In this document: one piece after another, positions 40,388 through 49,967 of the stretch
Numbering within the stretch: the stretch's first letter is position 1
How the letters are laid out: each line of letters starts with the position of its first letter
Assembly: GCA_963727445.1 (NCBI GenBank)
Contig: CAVSGI010000010.1
Span: 32,001 to 96,000 of the forward strand
Source: an uncultured delta proteobacterium
Lineage (GTDB): Bacteria; Myxococcota_A; Polyangia; Polyangiales; B10-G4
Direction: 5' to 3'
Length of the DNA stretch: 64,000 nucleotides
Program-made: the position numbers and the translations under genes
Notes under the pieces: model-generated
Database searches by the model: none
Seen by the model: only the letters and a program-made list of their open reading frames with translations
Told to the model about the DNA's origin: nothing

Positions 40388-40884
40388 GACGTACCTCCGC
40401 GTCGCTCGCGGTCGGCGTCGCGACCGAGCGCAATGCTCGCCGCCTTCTTCACGGCGTCGCGTACGTCGTCGTCCCCGACCCGGCCCAGCTCTCGAGCGAG
40501 CTCCTCGGGGAGCGAAGCGACGGGTACGGCGGGTGGGGGCGGCGGCGCGGGCCGCGGTCTCGGTGGTCCGGGCGGCAGGCGGCCGACCTTGACCTTGAGG
40601 CGCCTGACGCCGCTGCGAGGCGCGAGCTTCTTGAGCGAGGCGAGGAGCTGCGGCGCGAGGAGATCGATCTCCTGCGCCCACACGGTGGTCACGGCGTGCA
40701 CCACGAGGGTCCCCCGGATCAAGGCCACCGGCCGCGCGTTCTTCGCCACGCGCTCCGGAACCGCCTGGTCCCAGAAGCCGAAAGCGCGGATGGCCTTGAC
40801 GTCGTCGGGCTCTTTCGACGGATAGACGTCGGAAACCAGCGCGGAGATCGCCTTGGGCTCACCTGGTTTTCTACGTCGGGCCAC
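40384..40884 (-). CDS. DUF721/DciA-family protein
   Basis: WDQAV..RVAKNARP...GTLVVHA....WAQEI; stop overlaps the amrS start; start estimated at GTG 40884. Confidence 0.75.
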   Translation of the reverse strand: MARRRKPGEPKAISALVSDVYPSKEPDDVKAIRAFGFWDQAVPERVAKNARPVALIRGTLVVHAVTTVWAQEIDLLAPQLLASLKKLAPRSGVRRLKVKVGRLPPGPPRPRPAPPPPPAVPVASLPEELARELGRVGDDDVRDAVKKAASIALGRDADRERRGGTS

Positions 40885-40966
40885 CTGTACCAGGTAATCC
40901 CGACCAATCGCGCTGTCCAGCGTACGACCCCACTCAGGGTCGTGTATAAGCTCACCTTCCGTCCCG

Positions 40967-42103
40967 ATGGACAGCCTCGCCGACACCGACGACGCCGTGA
41001 AAGACGTGATCGCGCGCATGCGCCGCGCGCGCCGAGTCGCCCTCGACGTGGAAGGGGATGGCCTCTTTCGCTACCGGGCCCAGCTCTGCACCGTCCAGCT
41101 CTGCGCCGATGAGGACGTGGCGATCATCGATACCCTGGCCACCGATCCGCGTCTCCTCTCTCCCCTCGTCGAGGACGCCTCGATCATCAAGATCGTTCAC
41201 GATGCGTCCTTCGACGTGCGCTTGCTCCGGGAAGCGGGCGTGGGCTTCGCCGGGCTCTTCGACACCTCGGTCGCCGCACGGTTTCTGGGCGAGCCCGCCA
41301 CCGGCCTCGCGTCGCTCCTGCAAAAGCACCTCGACGTGAAGCTGAAGAAGGAAAAGCAGCACGCCGACTGGGGGCGAAGGCCGATCGACGAGGAGAGCCT
41401 GTCGTATCTGGAAAACGACGTGATGTACCTCGAGGAGCTGGCGGACGTGCTCGAAGAGGCGGCCGAGAAGAAGGGGATCCTCGACGAAATCCTCACCGAG
41501 TCCAGCTGGGTGGTGGGAAACGCCGACGGTGACGTCGTCGACGACCGGCCGCCGTGGGTGCGTATCAAGGGCGCCTTCGACCTCACGCCCGCCGACCAGG
41601 CCGTGCTGCGGGAGGTGGCGCTGGCGCGAGAAAAGGCCGCCGAGCGAATGAACGTGCCGCCCTTCAAGGTGGTCCGAAACGACGTCTTGATGGAGCTGGC
41701 TCAAAGGAAGCCCAAGGATCACCACCAGGCGCTGAAGATCCGCGGCCTCGACCGGGGCAGGGCGCGGCGCATGGCGCGCGAGATGGTGTCGGCCATCAAG
41801 CGGGGCCTGCGCGAAAAGGCCCCTCCGAAGGAGGAGCTCCCGCGGCGCACGCCGGCCCCGCCTCCGGCCGAGCGAGATCGCCAGAAGCGCCTGCACAAGG
41901 GCTTGTCACGCTGGCGGAAGAAGAAGGCGGCGGAGCGCGAGGTGGACCCCCAGGTGATCCTGCCGGGCCACTGTCTTTCGGACCTCGTCGCAAAGCAGCC
42001 GGGCTCCGCGGAGGAGCTCGGGGCCATCGCTGGCTTCGGTGACTTCCGCGTCGAGCGCTACGGCGAGTCCTTGCTCGAGATCATCCGCGGCGCTTCGAAG
42101 TAG
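40967..42103 (+). CDS. rnd: Ribonuclease D with HRDC domains
   Basis: ALDVEG, LCTVQL, HDASFD, FDTSVAA, DWGRRP, Y...DV and two HRDC-like segments. Confidence 0.88.
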   Translation: MDSLADTDDAVKDVIARMRRARRVALDVEGDGLFRYRAQLCTVQLCADEDVAIIDTLATDPRLLSPLVEDASIIKIVHDASFDVRLLREAGVGFAGLFDTSVAARFLGEPATGLASLLQKHLDVKLKKEKQHADWGRRPIDEESLSYLENDVMYLEELADVLEEAAEKKGILDEILTESSWVVGNADGDVVDDRPPWVRIKGAFDLTPADQAVLREVALAREKAAERMNVPPFKVVRNDVLMELAQRKPKDHHQALKIRGLDRGRARRMAREMVSAIKRGLREKAPPKEELPRRTPAPPPAERDRQKRLHKGLSRWRKKKAAEREVDPQVILPGHCLSDLVAKQPGSAEELGAIAGFGDFRVERYGESLLEIIRGASK

Positions 42104-42110
42104 GCGCCGA

Positions 42111-43262
42111 TCACATGCTGGCTTTGTAGAGCGCCAGCATGTCCTCCTCGGTGCACGGCCGAGGATTGAGCTGATGGCAGGCGTCCTCCATCGCGAGCTT
42201 GGCGAGCTTGTCGAGGGATTCCTCCTCGACGCCCGCGGCGCTCAGCCCTTCGGGCAGCCCCACCTTGCGGCGAAGCGCACGCAGGGCGCCGGCGCACTCG
42301 AAGGCGAGGGTCTCTTCGTCGTCGCCGCGAACGCCCAGGATCCGGGCGATGGTGGCGATGCGCTTGGGGATGGTGCTGCGGTTGAAGTCCAACACCGCCG
42401 GCAGGCAGAGCGCGTTGGCGAGCCCGTGATGCAGATGCGATTCCGCCGACAGGGGGTGCGCCAGCGAGTGACAGGCGCCCAGGCCCTTCTGGAAGGCGAC
42501 GGCGCCCATCATCGCGGCCTTCATCATGTTGCCGCGCGCTTTGATGTCCCGCGAGTCGGAGACGACCTTGTCGAGGGAGCGCACCGTGAGCTTGATGCCC
42601 GACAGGGCGATGGCGTCGGCCATCGGGTGGTCGCCCTGCGCGCAGTAGGCCTCGATGCAGTGGGTGAGGGCGTCGAAGCCCGTCGCGGCGGTGATCTTCG
42701 GCGGCATGGAGACCGTGAGCTGCGGGTCGAGGATCGCCACGTTGGGCATGAGCTTCGGCGAGAAGATGACCGTCTTCCTATTCGTCTCCTCGATGGTCAC
42801 CACGCCGCTGCGGCCGACCTCGGAGCCGGTGCCCGCGGTGGTCGGGACCGCGATCATCGGCGGCACCTGTCCGGTGATCTTCGCGTCGCCACCGATGGCG
42901 TCGTCGTACTGCGCCACCGGTCCGGGATGGGTCGCCATCAGGCGAACGAGCTTGGCGACGTCGAGCGGGCTTCCGCCGCCCACGGCGACGACCAGGTCGG
43001 CGCCAGCGTCCCCGAAGGCTTCGGTCGCCGCCGAGAGCTCCTTCTCGAGCGGGTTCGAGGAGATGCCGTCGAAGACGACGGCCTCGATCCCCTCTGCGGA
43101 CAGGCCCTTCTCCACCGGCGTGACGAGGCCGGCCTCGACCACCCCCGGGTCCGCCACGATGAGCGCCTTCGTCGCGCCCAGGCCTTTGGCTTCGGCGCCG
43201 ATGGTCTCGATCGACCCGTCACCGAACACGATTCGCGTCGGGAAGCTCCACACCGTCGTCAT
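42111..43262 (-). CDS. Iron-containing alcohol dehydrogenase
   Basis: GGGSPLDVAK, PTTAGTGSE, DALTHCIE, HSLAH, HHGLANA. Confidence 0.93.
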   Translation of the reverse strand: MTTVWSFPTRIVFGDGSIETIGAEAKGLGATKALIVADPGVVEAGLVTPVEKGLSAEGIEAVVFDGISSNPLEKELSAATEAFGDAGADLVVAVGGGSPLDVAKLVRLMATHPGPVAQYDDAIGGDAKITGQVPPMIAVPTTAGTGSEVGRSGVVTIEETNRKTVIFSPKLMPNVAILDPQLTVSMPPKITAATGFDALTHCIEAYCAQGDHPMADAIALSGIKLTVRSLDKVVSDSRDIKARGNMMKAAMMGAVAFQKGLGACHSLAHPLSAESHLHHGLANALCLPAVLDFNRSTIPKRIATIARILGVRGDDEETLAFECAGALRALRRKVGLPEGLSAAGVEEESLDKLAKLAMEDACHQLNPRPCTEEDMLALYKASM

Positions 43263-43278
43263 CGACTCATCTCCAGTG

Positions 43279-44217
43279 TCATTCGACTCCGACCTGTCGG
43301 GTCATGAGCCGGCCGACCGCTTGTTTGGGCGTGCACTCGCCCGAAAGAACGTCTGCGACCGCTGCGCTGATCGGTGCCTCGAAGCCGCGGCTCTGAACGA
43401 AGCTCGCCACCTGATGGGCGATCGCAGCACCTTCGATGTTGGCGCCGGCTTCCTTCGCCGCGTCCTCGAGGGAGGCGCCGCGGCCGAGGGCGCGGCCGAG
43501 CCGCAGCTCGGGTCGATCGTCGCCGCTGAGGGCGCTCATCAGGTCGCCGACCCCCGCCAGGCCGTGGAAGGTGCGTTCGTCGGCGCCGCAGGCGACACCC
43601 ACCCGTGCGGCTTCGGCGAGCCCCCGGGTGCCCATGATCGCCAGGGTGGAGGGGCCGAGCCCCATCCCCTCTGCAAAGCCCGCACACACGGTCAACAGGC
43701 CCACCATCGCCGACGCGATCTCGACGCCGGTGACGTCGCCCGTCGAGTAGAGCCGGAGGTCGGGACCGCCGATCGCCTGGCGTACGGCGTCGGTGACCTC
43801 GGGAAAGCGAGTGCCGACAATCCCGCCGCTCGGACGTCCCTCGGCGAGCGCGTCGGCGGCGAGCGGTCCCGCGAGCACGCCCACGCGGCGCACCGGCGTC
43901 ACCCGTCGAACGACGCGGGTCAGGGTCTCGAGCTCGTCGCCGACCAGGCCGCGGCTGACGTGGACCATGAGGTGGCTGCCGTCGAGATGAGAGCCCACTT
44001 CGTCGGCGACCTCGCCCACGAAGCGCGAGGGGATGGCGAGGAAGATCAGCTCCGCCTCTTTCACGTCGGCATAGCTCTTGGTGGTGCGCACCCTGGGGGA
44101 GTCCACGCTCTTGCCGACGCGAGAGTAGAGAAGGACCTCGTGGTCCTGGCGCGCGGCGGCGGTGGCGAGACCGCGGCCGAACCCACCCGCCCCGATGATG
44201 GCGACGGGCGGGCTCAC
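43279..44217 (-). CDS. gpsA: NAD(P)H-dependent glycerol-3-phosphate dehydrogenase-like protein with a degenerate active site
   Basis: IIGAGGFG, DVTGVE, TRGLAE, TFHGLAGVGDL, NIEG; the catalytic KN and SRN motifs are absent. Confidence 0.8.
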   Translation of the reverse strand: MSPPVAIIGAGGFGRGLATAAARQDHEVLLYSRVGKSVDSPRVRTTKSYADVKEAELIFLAIPSRFVGEVADEVGSHLDGSHLMVHVSRGLVGDELETLTRVVRRVTPVRRVGVLAGPLAADALAEGRPSGGIVGTRFPEVTDAVRQAIGGPDLRLYSTGDVTGVEIASAMVGLLTVCAGFAEGMGLGPSTLAIMGTRGLAEAARVGVACGADERTFHGLAGVGDLMSALSGDDRPELRLGRALGRGASLEDAAKEAGANIEGAAIAHQVASFVQSRGFEAPISAAVADVLSGECTPKQAVGRLMTRQVGVE

Positions 44218-45870
44218 GAGTCGCTCCACATCTGCGCGATCTCGCGCGCCGCTTCGAGGTTGGGTTGGTCCGCGATCGCTTCGGCGTACTGGACGACCCG
44301 GTTCTGGTAGTAGAGGAGCAGGGTCGGGTCCTCCGCGGTGATCTCCGCGCCCACGTCCAAGGCGGCGATGCGGTCGTGATAGCCCTTGAAGGCGGTCAGC
44401 GCGCGCTCCACCACGTGCTCGGCAGGCTCGCGGGCGAGCACCGGGCTCACCTGGACTTCGCCCTTCTTGGAGAGCTCGAGCAGCTTGTCGCGCGCGTCGC
44501 CCACTTCTTTCACGAGCTCCTCGCGGGGCATGGAGACGTCGCCGCGATGACGCACGCGCACGAAGAGGTCGACCCCGGGCGTCGCGCGCACCAGCCGGCG
44601 GAAGAGCACGTGGGCGACGAGCTGGGTCGACATGATCACCGTCTCGCGTGCGATAGCTGATCGACCAGGACCTCGCCGAGCTCGCGCGTGTAGGCCTGCG
44701 TCGCGCTTCGCGTCGAAGGAGGCCTCGCCGCGGCGGGTCACGTAGGTGCCCGGATCGATCACGTCGCCGCGGGGCGCGAGCGACCGCCCTCGTCGTCGAT
44801 CTCGTTCCCGAAGGGATCGAGCGGCTCGCCGAAGCGGACCACGCAGGCGGACTCCAGCGCGGTGAGCTTGCGGAAGAAGGCAACCCAGCGATCCACGCGC
44901 GAGAACTCGTCGTCCTCGATGATGTAGCGCGCCTTTCCCTTCTCCTTGAGGTGATCCTCGATGAGCGTCTCGGCCTCGAGGACCAGGGCGTAGTTGATGG
45001 TCGCCGGCACGAAGTAGACCGGGCGCGGCGATGCCTCGCGCCTGATTGCGCGAGAAGGCCTCGACGCCGGTTCCGGCGAGGCCGAGCTTGAGATGGCGTC
45101 TCCACCAGCCCCGAGCGGCTGCGGGTTCCGCCCGGGAAGAAGAGCGAGTGATAGCCCCGCTCGATCATCACCGCACGAGTAGGTCTTGAGGACCTCCTTG
45201 TAGAGCACGCGACTTCACGCGGCGGTCGACGCGATAGGCGCCGAGGTTGTGCATGAAGAAGCTGATGATCGGGTTGGTGAAGAGGTTCTTGCCCGCGCCG
45301 TAGACCACCGGCGGGAGCTCGTCGCGCTGCAGGGCGTAGCCGAGCGCGAGCGAGTCGAGGTTCGAGGCGTGCGTGGGCACGAAGACCAGCGTGCCTTTGC
45401 GCGAGAGTCGCTGGAGCTGCTCGTGCGGACCTTGAACCGTGAGCAGGTTCGTTGAGCGCTTCGTGGGGGGTGACGATCTCGCGGGGGAGCTGCGCCGGGC
45501 TCATCACCCCGGTGATCAGCTCGTGGAACGACGGTTTTCGGCCATGGAGTAGACGCGCGGGTCGAAGTTGCCTGCGACGTCGCCGGCCATCCGCATGCTG
45601 ATGCGGTCGAGCGGTGCGCCGCTTCTCCTCGTCGCTCATGCGGGCGATGCGGCGCAGGAGCCCGCGCCAGTAGCCGAGGTGCTCCTTCGCTTCTTCGTCG
45701 CGCTGCTTCGCCAGCCGCTCGGACTCGTTGAATGCGACCTCGTTCAGCGCCAGCTCCATCGTGTGCCGGTCGGCGGTGTGGGCGTCGGCCACGCGCTTGG
45801 CGACCTCGCGGACGATGTCCTCGCGCTCGCTGTTGAACCAGAAGATCGACGGGTCGTCCGGCTTCGGTGA
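44214..45870 (-). CDS. Glycerol-3-phosphate/1-acyl-G3P acyltransferase (PlsB-like); many frameshifts, start uncertain
   Basis: Fragments across frames: PTHASNLDS (HX4D), YGAGKNLF, LGAYRVDRR, FFPGGTRSRSG, VPATINY, LLYYQNR. Confidence 0.78.
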
Positions 45871-45918
45871 TGTACGGCCTCAGGCGCGGCAGCCGGAAGG
45901 GTTTGTCCGAGAAGAACT

Positions 45919-47283
45919 TCAGACCGCCTCGAAGTAGCGGGCGAGCTCCCAGTCGGTCACGGCCTTCTGGTGCTCGCGGACCTCCCAGTCGCGGGTGCGC
46001 ACGTAGTGATCGACGAAGGCCTCGCCCAGCATCTCGCGCGCCGCTTCGCTCTCGGCGAGGGCGCGGGTCGCGGCGGTGAGGGACGTGGGAAGGGCCGCGG
46101 CCTTCGACGCCCTCGGCCGTCGCGTCGCCCTCGCGACGGCGGCGGGCGGGTTCACGCCGTGATCGATGCCGTAGAGCCCGGCGCCGACCGACGGCCGCGA
46201 GGGCGATGTAGGGGTTGATGTCGGCGGCGGTCTGCCGGTACTCGGCGCGCGCCGACGACTCGCCCGGCCGTTGATCACGCGGATGGCGCAGGTGCGGTTC
46301 TCGACGCCCCACGTCGGCGTCAGCGGCGCCCACACGCCCGGCACGTAGCGCTTGTAGCTGTTGATGAAGGGGCGTAGAGGGCGGTCAGCTCGGGGCGAGC
46401 GTCACCTGGCCGCCGATGTAGTGCCGGCCGAGGTCGCTGAGCCCATCGGCGTCGTCCGGGTCGGAGAAGAGGTTCTTCTCGCCGGTCGCGTCCCAGAGGC
46501 TCTGGTGCATGTGGCCGCTCGAGCCCGGGAGATCGGCGTTCCACTTCGCCATGAAGGTCACGCAAAGCCCGTGGCGATAGGCGATCTGCTTCATGAGCGT
46601 CTTGAAGAGCGCTGCGCGGTCGGCGGCCTCGAGGCGATCGCGTAGTCGAGGGCGGCCTCGTACACGCCGGGGCCGGTCTCGGTGTGCACGCCCTCGAGGG
46701 GGATGCGGTAGTCGGTGCAGGTGTCGAGGATGTCGTGCAGGAAGTCGGCGTGCTGCGCCTCGCGGAGCCACGAGTAGCCGAACATCCCCGGGCTGAGGGG
46801 CGTCGAGGCCGTGGAAGCTCTTGTCGCGGAGAGTCTCGGGCGTCTCCTTGAAGACCCAGAACTCGAACTCGCAGGACGCCTTGGGGCGATAGCCCGCGGC
46901 CTCGGCGCGCGCGTACGATCTTGCGCAGGACGTTGCGCGGGCAGGCGGGGTGGGGCTTGCCCGCCTCGTCGTAGAAGTCCGCGAGGAAGTTCGCCGTGTC
47001 GGGCTCGTGCCGGTAGAACGCGGAACGTCTGGGGGTCGAGCTTGGCGTGGGCGTCCGGATATCCGGAGTCCCAGCCCGTGACCTTCGCGTTGTCGTAGAG
47101 CTGGTCGGCGATGTCCCAGCCGAAGATCACGTCGCAGAAGCCGAAGCCCTTCTCGAGGGCCGAGTAGAGCTTGTCGAGGGAGACGTACTTGCCCCGCAGG
47201 ACCCCGTCGACGTCGAAGCCACCGATCTTGGCCTTCTTGATGCCTCGCTCTTCGAGGTCTTTGCGGATGTCATCGAGCTGCAC
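45919..47283 (-). CDS. Glutamine synthetase-family (gamma-glutamyl-amine ligase-like) protein; many frameshifts
   Basis: DVDGVLRGK, GYPD, EGVHTETGPGVYE, TFMAKW...GSSGHMHQSLW, WGVENRT, DINPY, VTDWELARYFE. Confidence 0.85.
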
Positions 47284-47466
47284 TCGGCTCTCCCGTGTCC
47301 TGTCAGTCGCCCGACTTCGCGACCGAGGGGAGGAGGATACGCCGATCGGGTACACGGATTCACGTCCGGATTTCTGCCGTTCGGGGGGGACGCTCGCCGT
47401 TTCGGCAGAGATTTTGGGGCGCTTCCGTTTGCCTCGGTCGAGCCCGAGCGCCAATCTCTGGCGGCC

Positions 47467-48027
47467 ATGAGCGACGACACCCGGCAGAAGTGGGACGAGC
47501 GCTACGCGAAGGGTGACCACGTGCGCGGTCAGGCCCCCGGCTGGCTCCGCGAGCTCGACCAGGAGATCCCGGTGGAGGGCCTCGCCATCGACGTGGCCGC
47601 GGGCACCGGTCGGGTGGCGGTGTGGCTCGCGCGCCGCGGCCTCGAGGTGATCGCCGCCGACATCAGCCCGGTGGGGCTGGCCCTCGCGCGCGAGACCGCC
47701 GCCGACGAGGGCGTGCGCATCCAGACCAGGGTCGTCGACCTCGAGCGCGACGGACTACCGGACGGGCGCTTCGATCTCGTGGCGTGCTTTCACTACCGCC
47801 AGCGGAGCCTCTTCCCCGCAATCAAGGAGTCGCTCTGCCCCGGCGGGATGGTCCTGGTCGAGCTGCCCACGATCCGCAACCTCGAGCGCAACGCCAAGCC
47901 CTCGAAGCGCTGGCTCGCCGAAGAGAACGAGCTCCTCGCCGATCTCGCCGGGCTCACGGTTCTCTACTACCGCGAGGGGTGGTTCGGCAGCCGTCACCTG
48001 GCGCGGATGGTGGCGCGAAAGAGCTGA
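47467..48027 (+). CDS. Class I SAM-dependent methyltransferase (TehB-like)
   Basis: KWDERY, AIDVAAGTGR, ADIS, FDLVACFHY, LCPGG. Confidence 0.85.
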   Translation: MSDDTRQKWDERYAKGDHVRGQAPGWLRELDQEIPVEGLAIDVAAGTGRVAVWLARRGLEVIAADISPVGLALARETAADEGVRIQTRVVDLERDGLPDGRFDLVACFHYRQRSLFPAIKESLCPGGMVLVELPTIRNLERNAKPSKRWLAEENELLADLAGLTVLYYREGWFGSRHLARMVARKS

Positions 48028-48061
48028 CCCGTCCTCGCCCCACACTGGGGTGAGGTGTAGA

Positions 48062-48953
48062 GTGAAAGCAATCTTGCTTCGATCGTTCGCCCTCTCGATC
48101 CTCCTGCTCGCTGGTTGCTCCCTCGACGGTCGGGCGATCGCGCCGGGGACGGGGCTCGGCTTCGACGCGTCGCGCGACACCGGGTCGCGAGACGCTGACG
48201 CCCCGGACAGCCGGACGGCGTCGGACGCCTCGTCGCCCGACTCCATGGTCGTGGCGGACGGAAGCGTCGGTCCCGCCGACGCAGCGCCGGACAGCACCGT
48301 CGTTGTCGACGGCGCCGTAGCGGCCTCGGACTGCGACGGCCCTCTCGCGGGGGCGATCTTCTGCGACGGCTTCGAGGATTCGGCGCTCGGCGCCTGGTCG
48401 GAATCTCATCCACGCGGCCGTCCAGGACACCTCCAACGTCTATCGTGGCGGCGGGGCGCTCCGCGTGGACGTCAGCACCTACGGCGACCACCCGCAGGCG
48501 GTGCGCTCGCTCGCGTCGATCACCTCGGGCGAGATCTACTTCCGCGCCTACTACTACTTGGAGAGCGCACGACTCGTCGATGTCACCTACATGGTCGTCG
48601 CGGAGTACCAGGTGCCCTTCAATCACGTGAGCCTGTCCACCTACACGGGTGGCGACTCCTACGCCTGGGTCGATGGCCCGGACATATTCATCCACAACCC
48701 CGCCGTCGGCGTGCCCACCGACCGCTGGTTCTGCACTCAGGCGCACGTTCACGTCGACGGCGAAAGCGGGAGCTTCACCAGTTGGGTCGACGGGACCATG
48801 GACGAGATGCAGACCGACGTCGACACGCTCCCCGCAGCTGGCTTCACCGCGCTCCAGGTCGGCGCGACCTGGACGGGTGGCGGGCAAGGCGCCTACCGGA
48901 TGTGGGTCGACGAGGTCGCGCTGGACGACGCGCCCATCCCCTGCACGTTCTGA
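48062..48953 (+). CDS. Lipoprotein with a C-terminal jelly-roll (lectin/polysaccharide-lyase-like) domain; frameshift near 48410
   Basis: Lipobox LLAGC, Asp-rich linker, IFCDGFE; second frame IYFRAYYY, DRWFC, WVDG, MWVDEVAL...IPC. Confidence 0.65.
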
Positions 48954-48955
48954 GA

Positions 48956-49936
48956 TCAGTCGAGCACGAGGCGGAGCTCGGGCTCTCGCTCCCGCATCTC
49001 CTCGACCTCGGGGTGCAAGGCGTCGAAGACGCGAAGCAGTCGGATGCGGGTGCGGTAGAGGCCGCGGCCGAGGGCGGCGCATTGGCCGCCGCCGTGCACC
49101 GGATCGTCGACGCAGCCGGCCTGGTTCCAATAGGTCGCGACGTCGGCAGCCTCGAAGGCCCAGTCGCTGGTGATGGCGAAGCGCTCGTGGACGACGCGCT
49201 CCGGCGGGGGCGGCAAATCCACGGTGCCGGAGCGGATGGCGTCGAGGACGGCCTGGTCGAGGGTGTGGACGCCGCTCGTCTCGAGCACCCAAGCCCCCGA
49301 AACGACGCCCTCCGGGTTCTGCACCACGCGCACGTCGACGCGGTACCAGTTGGTGGGCGCGTTCAGGAGGTTGACCTGGTCCATCCACTCGAGCGCCGCC
49401 TGGGTCGCGGCGTCGAAGTGGTCGTTGGCGAGCTCGGGCGGCATCGCGCCGATCGGATCGATGGGCTTTTCGGGCCCGTTGCGGTAGCGGCCGAGCTCGT
49501 CGATCAAGCGCGCGAGGGGGTTCATCCCCGCGCGTCGTTCGCGCTCCGCCTCGGCCATGTCGGGGACGAAGGCGCGGCGCATGCGGCGACGCATCTCGAA
49601 GTACCAGCCGTCGACGTCTCCCGACGCCACGCGATCGTCGCGGATGCCCTGATCGAAGTAGCGCTCGAGCGCATCCTCGGCCCGCCCTCGTCGATCGAAG
49701 GGCTCGCGCGCGAGCGTCCAGCCCGCGGCCTCTGCGAGGGGGAGGGTGGGCAAGAGGTCGATGTCCTCGCCGCCTTCGCCACCGCCGGGCGCCTCTTCGG
49801 TGGGTGGGGGCGGCGCTTGGACGTCCCCATGTGCGTCGAGCAGACGGTCACCGGCCGGCCGCGTCTGGATCTGCGCCGCCGCAGGTGCGGCGAAGACCCA
49901 CATCACCACCGACGCCGACAGCAGAATCCTCCCCAC
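48956..49936 (-). CDS. Secreted protein with a TonB C-terminal-like domain
   Basis: Signal peptide ending APAAA-Q; VRVVQNPEGVV....LETSGVHTLDQAVLDAI. Confidence 0.6.
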   Translation of the reverse strand: MGRILLSASVVMWVFAAPAAAQIQTRPAGDRLLDAHGDVQAPPPPTEEAPGGGEGGEDIDLLPTLPLAEAAGWTLAREPFDRRGRAEDALERYFDQGIRDDRVASGDVDGWYFEMRRRMRRAFVPDMAEAERERRAGMNPLARLIDELGRYRNGPEKPIDPIGAMPPELANDHFDAATQAALEWMDQVNLLNAPTNWYRVDVRVVQNPEGVVSGAWVLETSGVHTLDQAVLDAIRSGTVDLPPPPERVVHERFAITSDWAFEAADVATYWNQAGCVDDPVHGGGQCAALGRGLYRTRIRLLRVFDALHPEVEEMREREPELRLVLD

Positions 49937-49967
49937 GTCGGTACGTTGCGCGAGGGCGGCGTCGAGT

